Of a stretch of 64,000 bases of DNA, positions 57,401 to 64,000 are shown piece by piece (positions within the stretch are counted from its first letter, which is position 1; each line of letters starts with the position of its first letter). A program made the translations under genes and the position numbers. The notes under the pieces were generated by a model that did no database searches, was not told where the DNA came from, and was given only the letters and a program-made list of their open reading frames with translations. The stretch is from Eledone cirrhosa (lineage: Eukaryota): NCBI GenBank assembly GCA_964016885.1, contig OZ024743.1, positions 206,646,001 to 206,710,000 of the forward strand, read 5' to 3'.

Positions 57401-60136
57401 AAAAACCTAAAATAATCTATTTTTTTCTACTTTTCGAAATATTTCAAAAATTGATTTTTTTGATCAAAAACGTAAAATATTCTACTTTTCGAAATATTTC
57501 AAAAATTGATTTTTTTTGATGAAAAACCTAAAATAATCTATTTTTTTCTCCTTTTCGAAATATTTCAAAAATTGATTTTTTTGATCAAAAACCTAAAATA
57601 TTCTATATTTCGAAAAACCTAAAATAATCTATTTTTTTCTACTTTTCGAAATATTTCAAAAATTGATTTTTTTGATGAAAAACCTAAAATTTTCTATTTT
57701 TCGAAAAACCTAAAATAATCTATTTTTTTCTTCTTTTCGAAATATTTCAAAAATTGATTTTTTTGATCAAAAACCTAAAATATTCTATTTTTCGAAAAAC
57801 CTAAAATAATCTACTTTTTCCTACTTTTCGAAATATTTCAAAAATTGATTTTTATGATCAAAAACCTAAAATATTCTATTTTTCGAAAAACCTAAAATAA
57901 TCTATTTTTTTCTACTTGACGAAATATTTCAAGAATTGATCAAAAACCTAAAATATTCTATTTTTCGAAAAACCTAAAATAATCTATTTTTTTCCTACTT
58001 TTCGAAATATTTCAAAAATTGATTTTTTTGATCAAAAACGTAAAATATTCTACTTTTCGAAATATTTCAAAAATTGATTTTTTTTGATCAAAAACCTAAA
58101 ATATTCTATTTTTCGAAAAACCTAAAATAATCTATTTTTTTTCTACTTTTCGAAATATTTCAAAAATTGATTTTTTTGATCAAAAACCTAAAATATTCTA
58201 TTTTTCGAAAAACCTAAAATAATCTATTTTTTTTCTACTTTTCGAAATACTTCAAAAATTGATTTTTATGATGAAAAACCTAAAATATTAAATTTTTCGA
58301 AAAACCTAAAATAATCTATTTTTTTTCTACTTTTCGAAATATTTCAATAATTGATTTTTTTGATGAAAAACCTAAAATATTAAATTTTTCGAAAAACCTA
58401 AAATAATCTATTTTTTTTCTACTTTTCGAAATACTTCAAAAATTGATTTTTATGATGAAAAACCTAAAATATTAAATTTTTCGAAAAACCTAAAATAATC
58501 TATTTTTTTCTACTTTTCGAAATATTTCAAAAATTGATTTTTTTGATCAAAAACATAAAATATTCTATTTTTCGAAAAACCTAAAATAATCTATTTTTTT
58601 CTTATTTTCGAAATATTTCAAAAATTGATTTTTTTGATAAAAAACCTAAAATATTCTATTTTACGAAAAACCTAAAATAATCTATTTTTTTCCACTTTTC
58701 GAAATATTTCAAAAATTGATTTTTTTGATCAAAAACCTAAAATATTCTATTTTTCGAGAAGCCTAAAATAATCTATTTTTTTCCTAATTTTCGAAATATT
58801 TCAAAAATTGATTTTTTTGATCAAAAACCTAAAATATTGTATTTTTCGAAAAACCTAAAATAATCTATTTTTTTTCTACTTTTCGAAATATTTCAATAAT
58901 TGATTTTTTTGATGAAAAACCTAAAATATTAAATTTTTCGAAAAACGTAAAATAATCTATTTCTTTCCTACTTTTCGAAATATTTCAAAAATTGATTTTT
59001 TTGATCAAAAACCTAAAATATTGTATTTTTCGAAAAACCTAAAATAATCTATTTTTTTTCTACTTTTCGAAATATTTCAAAAATTGATTTTTTTGATGAA
59101 AAACCTAAAATTTTCTATTTTTCGAAAAACCTAAAATAATCTATTTTTTTCCACTCTTCGAAATATTTCAAAAATTGATTTTTTTGATCAAAAACCTAAA
59201 ATATTCTATTTTTCGAAAAACCTAAAATAATCTATTTTTTTTCTACTTTTCGAAATACTTCAAGAATTGATCAAAAACCTAAAATATTCTATTTTTCGAA
59301 AAACCTAAAATAATCTATTTTTTTTCTACTTTTCGAAATATTTCAAAAATTGATTTTTTTGATCAAAAACCTAAAATATTCTATTTTTCGAGAAGCCTAA
59401 AATAATCTATTTTTTTCCTAATTTTCGAAATATTTCAAAAATTGATTTTTTTGATCAAAAACCTAAAATATTCTATTTTTCGAAAAACCTAAAATAATCT
59501 ATTTTTTTTCTACTTTTCGAAATATTTCAAAAATTGATTTTTATGATGAAAAACCTAAAATATTAAATTTTTCGAAAAACCTAAAATAATCTATTTTTTT
59601 CCTACTTTTCGAAATATTTCAAAAATTGATTTTTTTGATCAAAAACGTAAAATATTCTACTTTTCGAAATATTTCAAAAATTGATTTTTTTGATCAAAAA
59701 CCTAAAATATTCTATTTTTCGAAAAACCTAAAATAATCTACTTTTTACTACTTTTCGAAATATTTCAAAAATTGATTTTTTTGATCAAAAACCTAAAATA
59801 TTCTATTTTTCGGAAAACCTAAAATAATCTATTTTTTTTCTACTTTTCGAAATATTTCAAAAATTGATTTTTTTGATCAAAAACCTAAAATATTCTATTT
59901 TTCGAAAAACCTAAAATAATCTATTTTTTTCTACTTTTCGAAATATTTCAAAAATTGATTTTTTTGATCAAAAACCTAAAATATTCTATTTTTCGAAAAA
60001 CCTAAAATAATCTATTTTTTTCCTAATTTTCGAAATATTTCAAAAATTGATTTTTTTGATCAAAAACCTAAAATATTCTATTTTTCGAAAAACCTAAAAT
60101 AATCTATTTTTTTTCTACTTTTCGAAATATTTCAAA
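36484..60136. repeat. Satellite B, AT-rich tandem array (~23.65 kb): 91-92-bp monomer CGAAAAACCTAAAATAATCTATTTTTTTCTACTTTTCGAAATATTTCAAAAATTGATTTTTTTGATCAAAAACCTAAAATATTCTATTTTT, with 55-bp and 82-bp deletion variants
   Basis: The first two monomer starts are at 36484 and 36575 (91 bp apart). One orientation throughout; 16 of 91 consensus bases are G/C; sharp boundaries on both sides. Confidence 0.98.
42200..57600. repeat. Higher-order-repeat core of SatB: ~2.9-kb unit in about 5 copies, with 6278-bp and 2393-bp nested duplications; ends approximate
   Basis: A private 10-bp-deletion monomer CGAAAAACCTATTTTTTTCC lies at 43717, 46613, 49995, 52891 and 55284 (spacings 2896, 3382, 2896, 2393). 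TTTGCGAAAT (G at 47114, 53392, 55785) gives 6278 and 2393. Confidence 0.88.
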
Positions 60137-60143
60137 TATCGTG

Positions 60144-60193
60144 ACTGTAAGACCACTGTATCAACACCATTGTTGATACAGTGGTCTTACAGT
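60144..60193. other. Perfect 23-bp inverted repeat (fold-back hairpin, 4-nt loop CCAT) at the SatB/SatA junction
   Basis: ACTGTAAGACCACTGTATCAACA (60144-60166), then CCAT, then TGTTGATACAGTGGTCTTACAGT (60171-60193); the arms are exact reverse complements. Confidence 0.95.
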
Positions 60194-63100
60194 AGTTGTG
60201 ACAATGGTGTTCATACAGTGGTCTTACACTAGTTGTGACTACGGTGTTGATACCGTGGTCTTACAGTAGTTGTGATTATGGTGTTGATACAGTGGTCTTA
60301 CAGTAGTTGTGGCTGTGGTGTTGATACAGTGGTCTTACAGTAGTTGTGACTATGGTGTTGTTACAGTGGTCTTACATTAGTTATGACTATGGTGTTGATA
60401 CAGTGGTCTTACGGTAGTTATGACTACCGTGTTGATACAGTGGTCTTATTGTAGTTGTGACTCTGGTGTTGATACAGTGGTCTTACAATAGTTGTGACTA
60501 TGGTGTTGATACAGTGGTTTTACGGTAGTTATGACTATGGTGTTGATACAGTGGTCTTACAGTAGTTGTGACTGTGGTGCTGACACAGTAGTCTTACAGT
60601 AGTTGTGACTATGGTGTTGATACAGTGATCTTACAGTAGTTATGACTATGGTGTTGATACAGTGGTCTTAGAGTAGTTGTGACTGGTGTTGATACAGTAG
60701 TCTTACAGTAGTTGTGGTTGTGGTGTTGTTACAGTGGTCTTACAGTAGTTGTGGTTGTGGTGTTTATACAGTGGTCTTACGGTAGTTATGACTATGGGGT
60801 TGATACAGTGGTCTTAAAGTAGTTGTGACTATGGTGTTGATACAGTGGTATTACAGTAGTTGTGACTATGGTGTTGATACAGTGGTCCTATGACTATGGT
60901 GTTGATACGGTGGTCTTACGGTAGTTATGACTATGGTGTTGATACAGTGGTCTTAAAGTAGTTGTGACTATGGTGTTGATACAGTGGTATTACAGTAGTT
61001 GTGACTATGGTGTTGATACAGTGGTCCTATGACTATGGTGTTGATACGGTGGTCTTACAGTAGTTATGACTATGGTGTTGATACAATGGTCTTACAGTAG
61101 TTGTAACTATGGTGTTCATACAGTGGTCTTAGAGTAGTTGTGACTACGGTGTTGAATCAATGGTCTTACAGTAGTTGTGGCTGTGGTGTTGATACAGTGG
61201 TCTTACAGTAGTTGTAACTATGGTGTTGATACAGTGGTATTACGGTAGTTATGACTATGGTGTTGATACAGTGGTCTTACAGTAGTTGTGACTGTGGCGT
61301 TGATACAGTGGTCTTAGAGTAGTTGTGACTGTATTGTTGATACAGTGGTCTTACAGTAGTTGTGACTATGAATTTTATACAGTGGTCTTACAGTAGTTAT
61401 GACTATGGTGTTTATACAGTGGTCTTACAGTAGTTGTGACTATGGTGTTGATACAGTGGTATTACAGACGTTCTGACTATGGTGTTGATGCAGTGGTCTT
61501 ACAGTAGTTTTGACTATGGTGTTGATACAGTAGGCTTACAGTAGTTGTGAATTTTGTGTTGATACAGTGATCTTACAGTAGTTGTGACTGTGGTGTTGAT
61601 ACAGTGGTCTTACAGTAGTTGTGACTACGGTGTTGAATCAATGGTCTTACAGTAGTTGTGGCTGTGGTGTTGATACAGTGGTCTTACAGTAGTTGTAGCT
61701 GTGGTGTAGATACAGTTGTCTTACAGTAATTGTGACTATGGTGTTGATACAGTGGACTTATGACTATGGTGTTGATACAGTGGTCTTACAGTAGTTGTGA
61801 CTATGGTGTTGATACAGTGGTCTTACTGTAGTTGTGACTGTGGTGTTCATAGAGTGGTCTTACAGTAGTTATGACTATGGTGTTGATACAGTGGTCTTAC
61901 AGTAGTTGTGAATATGGTGTTGATACAGTGGTCTTACAGTAGTTGTGACTGTGGTGCTGATACAGCGGTCTTACAGTAGTTGTGACTATGGTGTTGATAC
62001 AGTGGTTTTACAGTAGTTGTGGTTGTGGTGTTGATACAGTGGTCTTACAGTAGTTGTCACTGTGGTGTTGATACGGTGGTCTTACAGTAGTTGTGACTGT
62101 GGTGTTGAAACAGTGGTCTTACAGTAGTTATGACTGTGGTGTTGATACAGTGTTCTTACAGTTATTGTGACTATGGTGTTGATACAGTGGTCTTACATTA
62201 GTTATGTCTATGGTGATGATACAGTGGTCTTACGGTAGTTATGATTATGGTGTTGATACAGTGGTCTTACAGTCGTTGTGACTATGGTGTTTATACAGTG
62301 GTCTTACTGTAGTTGTGACTGTGGTGTTGATTCAGTGGTCTTACAGTAGTTGTGACTATGGTGTTGATACAGTGGTACTACAGTAGTTGTGACTATGGTG
62401 TTGATACAGTGGTACTACAGTAGTTGTGACTATGGTGTTTATACAGTGGTCTTATGACTATGGTGTTGATACAGTGGTCTTACGGTAGTTATGACTATGG
62501 TGTTGATACAGTGATCTTACAGTAGTTGTGACCGTGGTATTGATAAAGTGGTCTTACCGTAGTTGTGACTATGGTGTTGATACAGTGGTACTACAGTAGT
62601 TGTGACTCTGGTGTTGATACAGTGGTACTACAGTAGTTGTGACTATGGTGTTTATACAGTTGTCTTATGACTATGGTGTTGATACAGTGGTCTTACAGTA
62701 GTTATGACTATGGTGTTGATACAGTGGTCTTACAGTAGTTGTGAATATGCTGTTGATACAGTGGTCTTACAGTAGTTGTGACTATGGTATTGATACAGTG
62801 GTCTTACAGTAGTTGTGAATATGCTGTTGATACAGTGGTCTTACAGTAGTTGTGACTATGGTGTTGATAAAGTGGTCTTACTGTAGTTGTGGTTGTGGTG
62901 TTGATACAGTGGTCTTACAGTAGTTGTGACTGTGGTGTTGATACGGTGGTCTTACAGTAGTTGTGACTGTGGTGTTGATACAGTGGTCTTACAGTAGTTA
63001 TGACTGTGGTGTTGATACAGTGTTCTTACAGTTATTGTGACTATGGTGTTGATACAGTGGTCTTACATTAGTTATGACTATGGTGATGATACAGTGGTCT

Positions 63101-64000
63101 TACGGTAGTTATGATTATGGTGTTGATACAGTGGTCTTACTGTAGTTGTGACTATGGTGTTTATACAGTGGTCTTACTGTAGTTGTGACTGTGGTGTTGA
63201 TACAGTGGTCTTACAGTAGTTGTGACGATGGTATTGATACAGTGGTCTTTTGACTATGGTATTGATACAGTGGTCTTACGGTCGTTATGACTATGGTGTT
63301 GATACAGTGATCTTACAGTAGTTGTGACCGTGGTGTTGATACAGTGGTCTTACAGTAGTTGTGACTATGGTGTTGATACAGTGGTACTACAGTAGTTGTG
63401 ACTATGGTGTTGATACAGTGGACTTATGACTTGGGTGTTGATACAGTGGTCTTACGGTAGTTATGACTATGGTGTTGATACAGTGGTCTTAAAGTAGTTG
63501 TGACTATGGTCTTGATACAGTGGTATTACAGTAGTTGTGACTATGGTGTTTATACAGTGGTCTTACTGTAGTTGTGACTGTGGTGTTGATACAGTGGTCT
63601 TAGAGTAGTTGTGACTGCATTGTTGATACAGTGGTCTTACAGTAGTTGTGACTATGGATTTTATACAGTGGTCTTACAGTAGTTATGACTATGGTGTTTA
63701 TACAGTGGTCTTACAGTAGTTGTGACTATGGTGTTGATACAGTAGGCTTACAGTAGTTGTGCTTTTGTGCTGATACAGTGGTGTTACAGACGTTGTGACT
63801 GTGGTGTTGATACAGTGGTCTTACAGTAGTTGTGACTACGGTGTTGAATCAATGGTCTTACAGTAGTTGTGGCTGTGGTGTTGATACAGTGGTCTTACAG
63901 TAGTTGTAGCTGTGGTGTTGTTACAGTGATCTTACAGTAGTTGTGACTGTGATTTTGATACAGTGGTCTTACAGTAGTTGTGACTACGGTGTTGAATCAA
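60171..64000 (-). repeat. Satellite A, inverted-orientation array resuming after SatB; runs off the right window edge
   Basis: Same reverse-complement 37/28-bp monomers and shared private variants (e.g. CAGACGTTCTGAC ~61465, GTTGAATCAATGG ~61151). Confidence 0.97.
60775..61058 (-). repeat. 139-bp tandem duplication (3x37+28) in inverted SatA
   Basis: Private variant GTCCTATG at 60885 and 61024, with matching CTTAAAG, GTATTAC and GATACGG variants. Confidence 0.85.

Noticed and set aside
36484-60136. Promoters, intrinsic terminators or an AT-rich replication origin / organelle control region
   Set aside because: TATA-like words and hairpin-plus-T-run patterns are inevitable in this 82% AT repeat, and there are no associated genes.
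36461-60170. Transposon-like terminal inverted repeats (36461-36484 vs 60147-60170) or a 20-bp target-site duplication around SatB
   Set aside because: Both matches are just consensus SatA sequence and are expected trivially in a tandem array. There is no transposase or independent TSD, so a mobile element call is unsupported.
33349-64000. Canonical telomeric repeat or G-quadruplex array on the GT-rich strand
   Set aside because: No TTAGGG/TTAGG-type units; G runs are almost all GG only.
1-64000. Assignment to a named satellite family or species
   Set aside because: I do not recognise either consensus with confidence; this needs a BLAST/Dfam/Repbase search.

Overview
The whole 64 kb window is tandem-repeat (satellite) DNA. 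I see no credible protein gene, RNA gene, CRISPR array or transposase. Two unrelated satellites are present. SatA is a 37-bp monomer (consensus CAACTACTGTAAGACCACTGTATCAACACCATAGTCA, about 40% GC, A/C-rich strand) interspersed with a 28-bp deletion derivative. It runs forward over 1-33352, flips orientation at about 33350, and stays inverted over 33349-36485 and 60171-64000. SatB is an AT-rich (about 18% GC) 91-92-bp palindrome-rich monomer with 55-bp and 82-bp derivatives, forming one 23.65-kb block (36484-60136) nested inside the inverted SatA. Both arrays carry nested higher-order repeats, measured by hand from private marker variants: SatA 148 bp, 1333 bp, ~5.86 kb and ~8.45 kb; SatB 2896 bp, 6278 bp and 2393 bp. 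SatB is layered, with a homogeneous higher-order-repeat core between more heterogeneous flanks that share private variants. Short fold-back micro-inversions occur four times inside forward SatA and once at the right SatB/SatA junction, all re-entering through the same (G)ACTGT microhomology. The picture fits eukaryotic (peri)centromeric or subtelomeric heterochromatin, but this is inference. I cannot assign the organism or a named satellite family from sequence alone.
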